64,000 nucleotides of DNA from the human T2T-CHM13v2.0 reference genome, Homo sapiens: NCBI RefSeq assembly GCF_009914755.1, contig NC_060931.1. One strand, written 5' to 3'. The notes below the pieces were generated by a model. The model was not told the origin of the DNA. It was given only the letters and a program-made list of their open reading frames with translations, and searched no databases. The position numbers and the translations under genes are program-made. Of this stretch, positions 20,315 to 38,365 are shown in pieces (within the stretch, counting starts at the first letter, position 1; every line of letters begins with the position of its first letter).

Positions 20315-20650
20315 TCATGAGGTCAGGAAATCGAGACCATCCTGGCTAACACGGTGAAACCCCGTCTCTACTGAAAATACAAAAAATTAGCCGGATGTGG
20401 TGGCACACGCCTGTAATCCCAGCTACTCAGGAGGCTGAGCAAGGAGAATCGCTTGAACCCAAGGAGGCAGAGGTTGCAGTGACCCAAGATCACGCCACTG
20501 CACTCCAGCCTGGGCAAGAGAGCAAAACTCTGTCGCAAAAAAAAAAAAAAAAAGGAGGCCGGGCGCGGTGGCTCACGCCTGTAATCCCAGCATTTTGGGA
20601 GGCCGAGGCGGGTGGATCACGAGGTCAGGAGAGCGAGACCATCCTGGCTA

Positions 20651-20903
<253 letters not shown>

Positions 20904-21161
20904 TCAAATGACTCACCAGTAAAGAAAGGGAGATGGTTGTTAATTAACTTGATTTAATCATTCCATGGTATATACAATACATTGTATCCTATAAATGTAT
21001 ATAATTATGATTTTTCAATTAAAAATAATATTAATAAAAATAACCAGGATCCAGTCACGTGTTTTCATCTTACATTTAGTTGTCGTCTTTCTCCAGACTC
21101 CTCACTTTTTCCCATAACGCTGGCTGTTTGAAGATAAAGGAATTGTCTTTTAGAATTCTGA

Positions 21162-21299
<138 letters not shown>

Positions 21300-22188
21300 T
21301 GATCCTCCCACTTCAGCCTCCCAAGTAGCTCGGACCACGGGCTGCTCTGGAACTCCTGAGCTCAAGGGATCCTTCTGCCTCAGCCTCCCAAAGTGCTGGG
21401 ATTACAGGCGTGAGCCACTGGGCCGGCCAAGGTTAATTTCTTATACCCACTATTTTCTCCATCTGCTGGAAGTCAGGTCTAGAGGCTTGTTATTAGGGCT
21501 AAACATTTTGGGCAAGACCATGACCTGGGGTGATGCTCCACGCTTGCTGCTGTATCAGGCCTGAAGGTCATCTCTTCTTGCAAATACTGGGTTCACTCAC
21601 TTGTTGGAAGTGGAGACTGAAGATCTCTCTGTGAAAAAGCACATTTCCTCCTTTGCAGTAAGATGTCCTTATTGAGCTGATACTTTGGACTATGCAAATA
21701 CTGACATTTCACTAACTGGTTTCACCACCCACTGATGATACCTGTCTGAATCAGTTTCATCAAGGGTTATAAAATGGTGCTTTTCAAATTCTATCGTTTC
21801 TGCTACATTTGTTAACTGTCACTCTTGGTAAAAAAGAGCTTTCCCTCATCAACTGGGAATGAACCACAGAGGCAGTAACATGTCATATTTGCGTGCCTAG
21901 TAGAGGTAAAGCTCTTTTTCATTTTCAAAACTGTCACTTGAGATAGCTACTATTCACATTTTACAAAGAGATTAAGGTTAAATAACTTGCCCAAGGTAAC
22001 ATTCCAATAAGTGACAGGAGACACTTGGCTCCAGGATTTTGCTGATTAGGTAACCTGAAATCTTCTTACTATATATACCTGAAAACACTGGATAAAATAT
22101 TTATAAATGGGCCAGGCGCGGTGGCTCACGCCTGTAATGCCAGCACTTTGGGAGGCTGAGGCGGGCGGATCACAAGGTCAGGAGTTCA

Positions 22189-22382
<194 letters not shown>

Positions 22383-22450
22383 TCATCTCAAAAAAGAAAA
22401 AAAAATTTATAAATGGTTGTAAATTCATAGTCAAACTCACAAAATAATTA

Positions 22451-22933
<483 letters not shown>

Positions 22934-22967
22934 TTAACAATGAACTTCAGATGACTCAACAATCTGA

Positions 22968-23769
<802 letters not shown>

Positions 23770-24406
23770 TTACACAACAGGAGAACATGGTCACCTGAAA
23801 ACCATCGACCTGTAATTAACCAGCCTTTGCTTCTGTTGAAATTATAGTGTGCACTTGAAAGGGACCCATAAAATCTACCAATTTCCCTGAATTAGAGGCC
23901 ACAGGGTCTTGTCTGCTGTAAAAACAGGGACAACTTCTCTGAAGTTTACCACAGTCCCATAACTGGCACTGTGAAACTGCCTCAGGCAGGCTTTGCTTTA
24001 TAGATATGGTACTGTGTGTTAATTAATTCTAGCATTTTTTTCACATCCTCAAAATTGTATAATTGGTAACAAGTAAATGATATGAAATTAAGTGAGGGCC
24101 AAGCATGGTGGCTCACGCCTGTAATCACAACATTTTAGGAGGCTGAGGTGGGAGTATTGCTTGAGCCCAGGTTTTTGAGACCAGCCTGGGCAACATGGTG
24201 AGACCCCATCTCTATAAAAAATTTAAAAATAAAAAATTAGCCGGGCATGATGGCATGAACCTGTAGTCCCAGCTACTTGGGGTGGGGGGGAAGCCTAAGG
24301 CAAGAGTATGCCCAGGAGATCGAAGCTGCAGTGAGCCATGATCGAGGCACTGAACTCCAGCTTGAGCAACAGAGCAAGACCCTGTCTCAAAAAAAAGAAA
24401 GAATAA

Positions 24407-24750
<344 letters not shown>

Positions 24751-25926
24751 TGAGCCACCATGCCTGGCCGCTTGTTTTTTACTTTTTAACCCAACATAAA
24801 TATTTCTGAACAAAATGTACATTTTGGAAGAATACAAAAATTACATTATAAAACGTCTTAATATTTTATCTTGTCTGCTGGTGTCAAATGCACTTTCACA
24901 TGTGAGGGAATCTTTCAGTTAATATACCTATGTTCATAAATTTTTTCTGAATCTCCCCCACTTTCTTACTTTTAAGACCTATTGGCTGGGGAGGTGGCTC
25001 ACGCCTGTAATCCCAGCATTCTGGTAGGCCAAGGCAAGCGGATCACCTGAGGTCAGGAGTTCAAGACCAGCCTGGCCAACATGATGAAACCCCGTCTCTA
25101 CTAAAAATACAAAAAAATTAGCTGGGCGTGGTGGTGGGCGCCTGTAATCACAGCTACTTGAGAGGCTGAGGCAAGAGAATCACTTGAACTCGGGAGGCGG
25201 AGGTTTCGATGAACTGAGATCTCGCCATTGCACTCCAGCATGGACCACAAGAGCAAAACTCCATCTCAAAAAAAAAAAATCTATTAGTATTAATAGTAAT
25301 ATTAGTACAATAGTAATAATAGTGACAAACACATATAGCAGTTACTATGTCCCAGCACTGTAGCAAATACTTAATTTATCAACTATATTTTGGAGTGTGT
25401 ACTGTTTATCATTCCTATTTTTTAAAATGAAGCTATGAGACACAGAGACATTAAGGTCACACAGCTAGTGAATGGCACAGCCAGGACTCAAACCCCACCA
25501 ATCTGATTCCAGAGTCCACTTTTAACAATTATGCTAGACTGGAGGTGGTGGCTCACACCTGTAATCCCAGCACTTTGGGAGGCTAAGACGAGAAGATCAC
25601 TTGAGGACAGGAGTTTGAAACTAGCCTGGCCAACGTGGTGAAACCCCGCCTCTACTAAAAATACAAAAATTAGCCAGGCATGGTGGTGCCTGCCTGCAAC
25701 TTCAGCTGCTGGGTAGGCTGAGGCAGGAGAATCACTTGAATCCAGGAGGCGGAGGTTGCAGTGAGCCGAGATCGCACTACTGCACTCCAGCCTGGGTGAA
25801 AAAGCCAGACTCTGTCTCAAAACAAAACAAGCAAATAAAGAAACAAAAACAATTATGCTAAACTCCCTCTCAGATAATGGCCAGCATCAGATTTGGGCTC
25901 CATCATATTAACCCCTCATCATTCTC

Positions 25927-25927
<1 letters not shown>

Positions 25928-25961
<34 letters not shown>
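25928..25961. repeat. (CA)n microsatellite
   Basis: About 17 AC units, read directly. Confidence 0.9.
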
Positions 25962-25963
<2 letters not shown>

Positions 25964-26352
25964 CAGAGAGAGAAATGTATCCATTCCAAGATATACCTCT
26001 CATACATGTATTTCAGTGTCTTCCAAAGTAAAATTGTGCAGCTGTCTGTAAAAGAAGCTAAATAGGGAGGAGGAGGTGGGGTGGAGAAGGGCTAGATGGC
26101 TGGGTGGAGTAGCCCAAACCCATCTAACTGCAGGAAAATCAGGGGGAAGCTGTGCTTGAAATGTGCTAGGCCCGGCCTGTGTACACTTTCTCTTAGATCA
26201 TGAGGAAACTCCAGTTCACTCAGTGCAAGGTTATTTGGGTGAGCCAGGGCAAATCAGGTTGAGCTCCACCCTATCATCCGAGTCCAGGGGTTGGAATAGA
26301 CACTGGAAGGGAACGAGAGGTGGGGAAGGATGCAGCAAGGCAAGCACAGATC

Positions 26353-26367
26353 AGCGCCCCCTGCAGG
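26353..26367 (-). promoter_or_regulatory. Candidate CTCF site
   Basis: Minus strand CCTGCAGGGGGCGCT matches 14/15 positions of CCASYAGRKGGCRSY, in unique sequence. Confidence 0.6.
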
Positions 26368-26463
26368 TGGTTAGCAAAACTCCGGGTCATTGAGACGAGT
26401 TTCTGAGGATTCATTATCGTCAAAGGCAATAATAGAATTGGTTTGGCTGGGCTCCGTGGCTCA

Positions 26464-26891
<428 letters not shown>

Positions 26892-27109
26892 TCAAAATAA
26901 TAATAATAATAATAATAATGATAAAGATAATAATAGAATCTGCTTCAATTTTTCATTTTCAAATATCAATATCCAGGCTGGGCGGGGGGCTCATGCCTGT
27001 AATCCCAGCACTTTGGGAGGCTGAGGTGGGCGGATCATCTGAGGTCGGGAGTTCGAAGCCAGCCTAACCAACATGGAGAAACCCCGTCTCTACTAAAAAT
27101 ACAAAATTA

Positions 27110-27253
<144 letters not shown>

Positions 27254-27624
27254 TCAAAAAAAAAAAAAAAAAAAAAAAAAAGTCAATATCCAGGCCAGTG
27301 GTTCGTACCTGTAATCCCAACACTTTGGGACACCAAGGTGGGAGAATCACTTGAGCTCAGGAATTCAAGATCAACCTGGGTAACACAGCAAGACTCCATC
27401 TCAAAAATTCAAAAAGTAGCTGGGTGTGATGTCACATGCCTGTAGTTCTAGCTACTTGGGAGGCTGGGGCAGGAGGATCACTTGAACCACTGTGTTTGAA
27501 GCTGCAGTGAGCTATGACTGTGCCACTGCACTCCAGCCTGGGCAACAGAGCAAGACTCCATCTCAAAAAAAAAACCCAAATAGAACAAATCAGCAGCCCC
27601 CCACCACCGCCCCCAGTATTTTTC

Positions 27625-27780
27625 AAGAGACAGGGTCTCACTATGTTGCCAAGGCTGAAGTGTAGTGGCTATTCACAGGCGTAATCATAGGACACTGTGG
27701 GCCTCAAACTCCTGGACTCAAGTGATCCTTCCACCTCAGCCTCCCATGTAGCTGGGATTACAGGTCACCGTGCCTGCCCA
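27625..27780 (-). mobile_element. FAM (fossil Alu monomer)
   Basis: Monomer retaining the 7SL segment GTGGCTATTCACAGGCG, which is absent from FLAM and dimeric Alus. Confidence 0.7.
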
Positions 27781-28143
27781 TCCCCTGAAATCTTGAGGTT
27801 TAGGACTCCACAGGGTCAAAAGAAAACAGATAAGCCATAGACAATTGATAACAGGCATAGTACAGCGAGGAAGAATGTAAATCTACTAACATCACCCAGA
27901 AACGTGAGATAGGTCCACAAAGGCAGCCAACAGTAGCTGATCTATGTAAAGAAACATAGATTTGGAGTCCAAAGCTGTAGCACTTACACACTAGCTGTTA
28001 GACAGGGTTAGTTGTTTAACTTCTAAACCTTAGTTTTTTCATTTGCAAAATAAGACTAATAAGGGCTTAACTTCTTTACAGAAATGTGAGGATCAAATAA
28101 GACAGTCATGAAAATGGTTTATAAAGCATCACACAAGTTCTCA

Positions 28144-29950
<1,807 letters not shown>

Positions 29951-30870
29951 GAGAAGTGCTGGCATGAGAAATAGATCAAGACTAAAGTTTAGCTCATAGA
30001 TGGTCTCTAGGGTGTGATGGAAGGAGGCAGTCAACAAGCCTTGATGGGGAGAAGAACAAAGGGATTGAAGGGGGACATATGCGGCACCCAGCAGTATGCA
30101 TAGTGGTGAAAGATAATGGGGCTGCGATTAGGAGCAAAAAGTTCTACATTCAATGCTTTTGAAATCGCATGTTTCCTCTCAAACTCAACCACTTCCCTGA
30201 CGCCACCCATCACACCAGAAATATGTTTACTGAAGACTTACTGGCTTAAGTAATAGAATAACAGCTGTTATTATTAGAATACTTCAAAAATCAGACTAAA
30301 GAAAGGACTGGGCCTTTCAACGTCGCATCCATGATGGTTTATTGACCACTACCTTGCTAGATTGTACTGGTTACTGAACGCCAGCAGGATAAAAGGGTGT
30401 CTGTAGTTCTTTTACCAGTACCCTTGCTACACCTCCTTACCTCTTAATACAGTCTGCACTTCCATATGGTCGTTTACAGTTGTAAATTATTTCAAATCTT
30501 AAATCAAAATTCCTCTACATGCATTTGCCTGCAGGATTTGCTCTTACTGGTTTTGGCCTATGGAACCAAGTTTGAATTTTTTTTTTTAATTGGCTGGGTG
30601 CGGTGGCTCATGCCTGTAATCCCAACACTTTGGAGACCGAGGCGGGCGGATCACGAGGTCAGGAGATCAAGACCATCCTGGCCAACACGATGAAACCCGT
30701 CTCTAATAAAAATACAAAAATTAGTTGGGTGTGGTGATGCACGCCTGTAGTCCCGGGTACTTAGGAGGCTGAGACAGGAGAATCGCTTGAACCCGGGAAG
30801 CGGAGGTTGCAGTGAGCCAAGATCGTGCCACTATACTCCAGCCTGGCGACAAGAGTGAGACTCCGTCTCA

Positions 30871-30904
<34 letters not shown>

Positions 30905-31069
30905 ATTAGCTGAGCATGGTGGCATGTGCCTGTGGTCCCAGCTACTCAGGAGGCTGGGGCAGAAGAATCCCCTGAGCCCAGGGGGTCAAGGCTACAGCAA
31001 GCCACAATGGCACCACTACACTCCAGCCCGTGACAGAGTAACCCAGTCTCAAAAAATACAAATAAGTGT

Positions 31070-31166
31070 CTTGTGCCTATTCCAGACCCACTGAATCAGA
31101 ATCTGCATTTTAACAAGAACCTCCTCCTCTCATTCATTTGCACGTTAAAGGCTGAGAAGCCCTGCT
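31070..31166. mobile_element. MER5A-like fragment
   Basis: CCAGACCCACTGAATCAGAATCTGCATTTTAACAAG...GAGAAGCCCTG. Confidence 0.6.
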
Positions 31167-32181
31167 GTGGAGACTGGTTCCAACTGCAGCAGGTCATGAT
31201 CAGGTGAGTGTGTTGCAGTTTAGTAAAGCATTAAATTGTAGGAAGAATGTTTTTGGTATTTTAAGGCAATCCAACATTATTCCTATAAATGTTAGACATT
31301 GTTATAATGTTACTGACTTGCATGTATACTTTTCTGAAAGTAAAAGCTATACCTAACACAGGAAATTCAATGTGTCCTGTAGGCCATCGAGTGTCCTTAA
31401 TGGTGATGTCAAGGAAAAGCTGTTGGATGTCTTGCCTTTGCCTGCCTCAGGCTTTAACACAGGATGTCTTGTCTGCAGGGCACTTTTTCTGCCATTCAGA
31501 TCTCAATTCAAATGACCTTTCCATGGCCACACTAGCCCAGGCCCCCTATCGAAAGCAGTCACCAGTTTTATGAAGGGCCACAACTGCCTTATTAGGATAT
31601 TTCATATTAGGCTACTGGCAAAACAAAACAAAATCTCCCAAATCTCAATTTATCTCTTGTTTATACAAAATCTGATTTTGGGGGTGGGAGCTCTCCCTCT
31701 ATCCATGACACAGAGATCCAGGATCCCTCCTGTCTTGTGACTCTGCCACTTTAACACATGGCTTCCAATACCTCCATGAAACAGAGACGATGACAAGGAG
31801 GGCACACGGCACATGACGTGAGTTAGCCATGCAGCACCAACCAAACTGCAAAGGGCCTGGGAAGTGGAAGGGACCAAGTGGGCTAGTTTGATGAGCACTT
31901 CTGCAAACTGTGTTCTGCTCACAGCATCTCTAGCACTAGTACAGTGCCTGTATGCACAAGGACTCAAATATCTGTAAAATATGTGGATACCTTCATTTTA
32001 CTAAAAAGGTCATCCATTAACAGTTTTAGGCCGAGCGTGGTGGTGCCTGTAATCTCAGCACTTTGGAAGGCAAATCACCTGAGGTCAGGAGTTCCAGGCT
32101 GAGGTCAGGAGTTCCAGACTGGCCTGGCCAACATGGCGATATCCCGCTTCTTCTAAAAATACAAAAATTAGCCAGGCGTCA

Positions 32182-32547
<366 letters not shown>

Positions 32548-33067
32548 TTATTTGCTCAGGTACTGTGTGGTGTTATTTCTTCTATACACTGATGAGGGGC
32601 TGAGATAAAGACCTAGTGAACTAAACAAAGTGCCCAGGCTAGTTCTGGGGAAGTAAGATCTGAGGCATATTCTATTATCAGCAATGGATCTCTTCCTGTC
32701 ATTCAATACAAAGGAATAAGCGCTGTCTTAAGACAATTTGCAACAGAGCACTTCCTTTATCAACACTGTAAACTTGTTTAAAGGTTTGTGAAATAAGTCC
32801 TGGACACTGAAAAGTAATAAAATACGGCCACTGCATGAGAGTGAGTTTGTATTAACCACTTCAGATGAACAAGTATGTTTTTAAAAATTATTTCTCAGCC
32901 GGGCGAGGTGGCTCATGCCTGTAATCACAGCACTTTGGGAGGCTGAGGCAGGCGGATCATGAGGTCAGGAGATGGAGACCACCCTGGCCAACATGGTGAA
33001 ACCCCATCTCTACTAAAAATACAAAAAAAGTAGCTAGGCATGGTGGCATGCACTTGTAGCCCAGCTA

Positions 33068-33227
<160 letters not shown>

Positions 33228-34549
33228 TTATAAAATGACAGCTTAAACAAGATTTCAAGACAGGGCAGGCTGTTTGGCTCAGTGGCTTCTCACCCCAAAG
33301 GTTTATGGGTTGCTCATATTCCATGTCCCTCATGGGTTAACTAAGTGTACCAGCATGGTGACCCAGGCTGGTAGAACAGCCACTTTGCAAAATTTACCAA
33401 TTGCCTGGAAAGAGGATCACGTATGGGATCTTAAACTTTCATCTGGCAATGACACTTCTCACATTTCAGCCTAGGTAAGTCAGCTGGGCCTTGCAATTGA
33501 ACCACGAAGCCACAAAGCAGGGTTGGAAATCTGTTGCCAGTACTATGACTACCATTTCAATATCTACCTTTATCAATATCAAGCCTCTTTCTCCTCCTTT
33601 ATCAACTACCTTTATTAATATCAAGCCCCTTCTCTCCCCCAAATCACTGGCATGATGTGAAATCACTTATTGTGTACAGTGGCAGGGAAGAGGCTGAAAT
33701 TGTAGTTTTGTGCAAATGAGAAGGTGAGACGTTCCACCCATCAATGTTTACACCTCAGCTTCTTTTGCAACAGGCAATTAACACTTGGGGAAAGAAGAGA
33801 ACTCGCTCTCAATGCAGCCATTGAGGGTAGCAATCCACATTACAGACTACTCGGACTAGTACAGAAGCTTCCACTGCCTTTTCCAAGATACAAAAGAGTT
33901 GCTCTAAACATACACTTCTCTCCATCCCAGAAGTGACCAACTGCCACTCCCTGGACCTTGCTATCCCCCTCTCCCTGTTGCAGATTCAGATATGCAAACG
34001 ATGCTTCTTCCTACTTTCCAGAATTGCTCAAGGCTCTCTCCACCTCCTAGCTCCAGCACTCCCAACCCATTCTCAGGCTCTTCCCCATCCCTCTGCATGT
34101 CCCCAGCATAGCCTGACTGGTACACCTGAGGGTGGACTTAACTCCCCTGGGAGTTAGCTGCTGGGCTACAAGCTTACAGAAACAGACCAGACTACTCAGT
34201 GGATCCCCAGTTGTTATCATGACCACAGTATAAGCCCACTCAGAAATGATTCCTAGATGTTTAAACATTTTCCGATAGCATTTTTTGAGTTGGAGTCTTG
34301 CTCTTTCGCCCAGGCTAGAGTGCAGTGGCGAGATCTTGGCTCACGCCACTCTCCTGCCTCAGCCTCCCGAGTAGCTGGGACTGCAGGGGCCCGCCACCAT
34401 GCCCAGCTAATTTTTTGTATTTTTGGTAGAGACAGGGTTTCACCATGTTAGCCAGGATGGTCTCGATCTCCTGACCTCGTGATCCGCCCGCCTCGGCCTC
34501 CCAAAGTGCTGGGATTACAGGCGTGAGCCACCGTGCCCGGCCCCCATAG

Positions 34550-34714
<165 letters not shown>

Positions 34715-35217
34715 TAACATAAATACTAAAATCGAGGAGCAGTTATTTTTACAAGTGTGGAAAAAAGGTCACCTGAAGGTCTTCCATGGGAGTAGCAGAA
34801 TGGTTCTTACTCACAAAAAATTCACAATAATGAAAACTCCTTAAAAATTCACGAAATAATTATGCAGAACAATAAGCTTTCAAAATACAATTATATTATG
34901 ACCTTCCCCCGTTATCTAAGGGCATGAAGCAAGTTCAACCGCAAGTGCATGGTAGCAGAAAACTGCCAGTGCCTTTTGCTCAACAGGTGGCCCAGCGTTA
35001 GTCTTGAACATTTTCAAGTATAGGATTGTTTGATGACCCCGGCTAGTTAAGGTTTCCCTTTCTCTCTCACACACATTTCTCAAAGTACCTATCCTCCCGA
35101 ATATCCGACAAGGGACCGATCGAAGAGTCAGTGAAAGAAAAACATCATTATTCTTTGACATCGGCACATTTCAAAAACAGCTCATTACACAGAACAGCCA
35201 ACTTTTTTTTTAATTGT

Positions 35218-35223
35218 TTTATT
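35218..35223 (-). terminator. MKRN1: MKRN1 distal poly(A) signal AATAAA
   Basis: TTTATT on +. GU-rich sequence (GUUCUGUGUAAUGAGCUGUUUUUG) lies downstream on the minus strand. Confidence 0.75.
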
Positions 35224-36458
35224 TGGGAAAAGTGCTTCTTACAAAAGGGCAGCTGCAAAATACAGAGACCTCTGCAACAATTATTTGTTTTTTCTTAAAG
35301 TGAAAGAATGGGTGGGATCCAAGGAATCAAAGCAGTAGATGGACAAACCAGGAGCATCCCCGAGTTATTTTCAGGAAACAGAGCAACAAAACACAAAGGT
35401 ACAATTTCCAATCAAGGAATTCTTCCAACAACTTAACTTTAGCTAATCTCAGGGATTCCCAAGCCCTCCCTTTCGGTGGAAAAGTATGACTTATCACTGC
35501 AAACCCATTACTCCACTACAATAAACACCTTAGAACAGAGTTTTGAATCACGTCTGTCTACCTGAAAGCTCAGGGGTGGAATGAGGCAAATACCCACAAA
35601 AACAAACACAAAAACCCGACAACAAAATGCCTCAAGTGAGGACAAAGGTTTCTCAGAAAGTGCCTGTACTGGAAAGGCTAGATCGTAAAACATTAAATAC
35701 AACTGTGTATCCAAGACCCAGTTTGTGTTATTATATGGGATAACCAGGTAGTTTTAACCTCTATGGCTAACCCCATTTCTCTATTTATATAGACAGAGCT
35801 AGCACTGCTATATTGACAACTACCAATATACTGCTTTGCCCTTTAAGATCTATCTGCCACACAAGGCTTAAACCACTAAACCAGGTTTTTCTACTAAGGC
35901 TAAGAATACTGCATCTATGCAGGGATGAGAAGCTTATCACACACCCACACACTCACACCATGTCAGCCCTTGGGAGCCAACTTCCAACTCTGCATTGATG
36001 TTATGCCTCTCTATCTTTTATACGTATTCTTTCTCAATTTTCCTATCATGCAAAACAGTAAAAAATCTCAACACATTCACACCTGATTCTGGTTACCCAG
36101 TAGTATTACTTGTGTGCAATTAAACAAGAGACCAAAACCACAGAACAAGTGCACGTGGTAGGGATTACAGGGTAGGGAACAGATATAAAAACACAGATGT
36201 GCAGATTTCACCAGAAACCTCAAGGATCCACATCCCATGTCTGGGGCAGAGGGCTATTGGCCAGCTTAGGTCCCTTCACCCATCACTCCTATTCTTGGAC
36301 CCCAAAGCAGGGCCACTGCTTTTACTTTTGAACCTGGGGTCCTCAAAATGAGTGTGTGAAAAGTCCATAAATGCAATCTGGTTGAAAACAGATGACGCAA
36401 CACACCTACACTAACTGTCTGACAGTTAAATTCGTGTTACAAAAAACTAACTTTAAGA

Positions 36459-36464
36459 TTTATT
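36459..36464 (-). terminator. MKRN1: MKRN1 proximal 3'UTR poly(A) signal AATAAA
   Basis: TTTATT on +, about 205 nt after the stop. GU-rich downstream element (AGUGUAGGUGUGUUGCGUC). Confidence 0.6.
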
Positions 36465-36668
36465 TTTGTAACTTTTTTCAACAGGGAAAACAACACACTC
36501 CTCAGGGAAAGGTGAGGGGTTGAGAAGACAGGCCCTGGGTAAAAATTCTTAGGACAGCACCTGGAGTTGAGAGGCCTGCCTAGGAGAGAACACAGGCACT
36601 GCCACACCACCACAGGGGACAGCTGCTGTCTGAGGTCAGCAGACCAGTTCACACGCCACGCAAGGTTG

Positions 36669-36881
36669 CTATAGATCCAAGTCATAAAAATCTTCCAGCT
36701 CATCATGAAACAAGTCCCACTCATCTTCAGAGTCTGTTAGTTCGTCGTCCCCACCTGCAGCCAAAAGCATAAGCAACATCTCGCCCAGCTCAAAGGTGAC
36801 AACCTCTTCTTCATCGTTGTCAAAGGGGTTGCTGTTCTCTCTTTCCTCAATGAGTTCCCAGAAGTGGTTCCTTCGTTGGGC
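36669..36881 (-). CDS. MKRN1: MKRN1 exon 8 CDS, 213 nt (acidic C-terminus)
   Basis: tacag|GCC CAA CGA: AQRRNHFWELIEE...DLFHDELEDFYDLDL*. TAG at 36669-36671. Exon sum 185+129+230+227+215+111+139+213 = 1449 nt = 482 aa + stop. Confidence 0.97.
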   Translation of the reverse strand, partial: AQRRNHFWELIEERENSNPFDNDEEEVVTFELGEMLLMLLAAGGDDELTDSEDEWDLFHDELEDFYDLDL

Positions 36882-37246
36882 CTGTAAAAAACAAGGCCAT
36901 GATAGGGATGGCACTGTCGAGCAGTATCTTCTATCCTGTTGTTTATAAGGCAAAACGTCCAGCACACCAGAGGGCATGACGAACCAGACTTCTTAGTTAG
37001 GGTTTCCATTTACCACTTCCTCCCCTCTGGTTACTTCATGGAAATCGTTTAGGCTAGAGCTTTAACACACATTTTTTCTTCCTTTCCTATCCCTCCCAGT
37101 TTTCTGAGGTTTGTTTCCTCCTTTAATACTCTACACTTTCGCTCCCAGACCTGAGCGTTAACCTTCTCCTTCCCCTACCCCAATATGTGCAGGACTCAAC
37201 TGATACCTTGGAATTTCCCCTCCTTTAAAAAAACAGTGAGAGTTAC

Positions 37247-37385
37247 CCGGTATCTGCTTGATGTTCCCACTTTCTGTCTCTGTGGCTCCTCTCTACGGCC
37301 ATCAGGGTACGCATGCTTGTAAAAACAGTTCCCTCCAAATGGGCAGCTCCCACGTCCTTCATCAAAATACCTGCACGCCTTGTTG
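37247..37385 (-). CDS. MKRN1: MKRN1 exon 7, 139 nt (ZnF4)
   Basis: ttccag|C AAC AAG: [47 protein letters not shown]. Donor CGG|GTAACT. Confidence 0.96.
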
Positions 37386-37941
37386 CTGGAAAGGAAAATA
37401 TCGCAACCCTTATTCACAGTGGATTTCAGGTCTGTATTTGACTATCATCCGGGGTTTCTTTAAACAGGTAGGGATAGAACCAGTATGTCAGCTTACAGCC
37501 CTCCCCAAGATGTGTTCTTATAAACATGTGTGTGCCAATGCAAGAAACACTAACTAGAAACCGGTAACTCTGTTCAAGTCTATGCTGGTTAATAGCTCTA
37601 GTACAAGCAGATGCCATAGAGAGAAAATCTTCTAGAAAGCCAACACATGAGAACATAGGACAGCTATGACACGGATTCAGAATAAGGTAGAACCCCACTC
37701 ATGGGGCCTTACTTGTCAACAGTAGAGACCTCTTTATAACACAGTCCCTTGGCATGGACCCCAAGGACTGTGTTATAGCAAGATATATACTGGATGTTAT
37801 CAGGGTGACAAAATAAACTGTCCTGGGAAGTCAAAGAAGGGTAGGAAGGAGGTAGGAGTGTATAATGCAGCACCATTCTTTTCAAAGTGAACCCAAGCTC
37901 TGTTGGGCTCTTCGCTTGAGAAAAGGCTGCAGTGCTCATAC

Positions 37942-38052
37942 CTCATTGCCTCCTTGTATTTCAGAATGAGTTTCTGCTTCTCTTCTTTCTCCTCCACCCA
38001 GTACTCACTTGGAATGACAAAGTTAGATGTGATCCGGCATTCTGGGCAGGAC
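37942..38052 (-). CDS. MKRN1: MKRN1 exon 6, 111 nt (last RING Cys pair)
   Basis: ccag|G TCC TGC CCA GAA TGC: [36 protein letters not shown]. Donor AG|GTATGA. Confidence 0.97.
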
Positions 38053-38359
38053 CTGGGAAACAATGAACAGGCTGCAATGCAAATTCCCCTTTTACAGGCC
38101 CACTCTTCAAGGACACACCCTGGTGTGTCGCCTCCAGACTTAAAGACTTAACTGAAAGGCACGTGGGCATTTCCTGAAAGGGTTCCACATACTGTCACAC
38201 AACTGACCATTTCTTTCAAGCAAGGCAACCTCCTTTATAAATCCAACTCAAGGGCTAGCCAGTTCTTTTTTTTTTTTTTTTGAAAAATATAACTTAGGTA
38301 AAAAACAAAAACAAAAGAAGACATTTCACACAGACTCCTTTTTCTTTCGTTTAAATAAA

Positions 38360-38365
38360 TTTATT
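38360..38365 (-). terminator. MKRN1: Intronic (intron 5) poly(A) signal for the MKRN1 short isoform
   Basis: AATAAA about 440 nt after the in-frame TGA (38801-38803) created by the exon 5 donor, followed by GUCUGUGUG...UUUUGUUUUUGUUUUUU. Confidence 0.7.

Larger units (their letters stand above)
35200..36668 (-). other. MKRN1: MKRN1 long 3'UTR (about 1.47 kb, no repeats seen)
   Basis: Unique sequence between the stop and the distal AATAAA, free of Alus despite the Alu-dense surroundings. Confidence 0.8.

Noticed and set aside
27625-27780. Possible 7SL RNA gene
   Set aside because: Only the short FAM-type segment is present; no full S domain.
36412-36428. Triloop hairpin as a Roquin CDE
   Set aside because: Loop CAG is not pyrimidine-purine-pyrimidine; kept only as a structural observation.
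36882-37246. Open frames extending MKRN1 exons 7 and 8 into intron 7
   Set aside because: Short chance extensions; canonical splice sites already give the full 482-aa protein.
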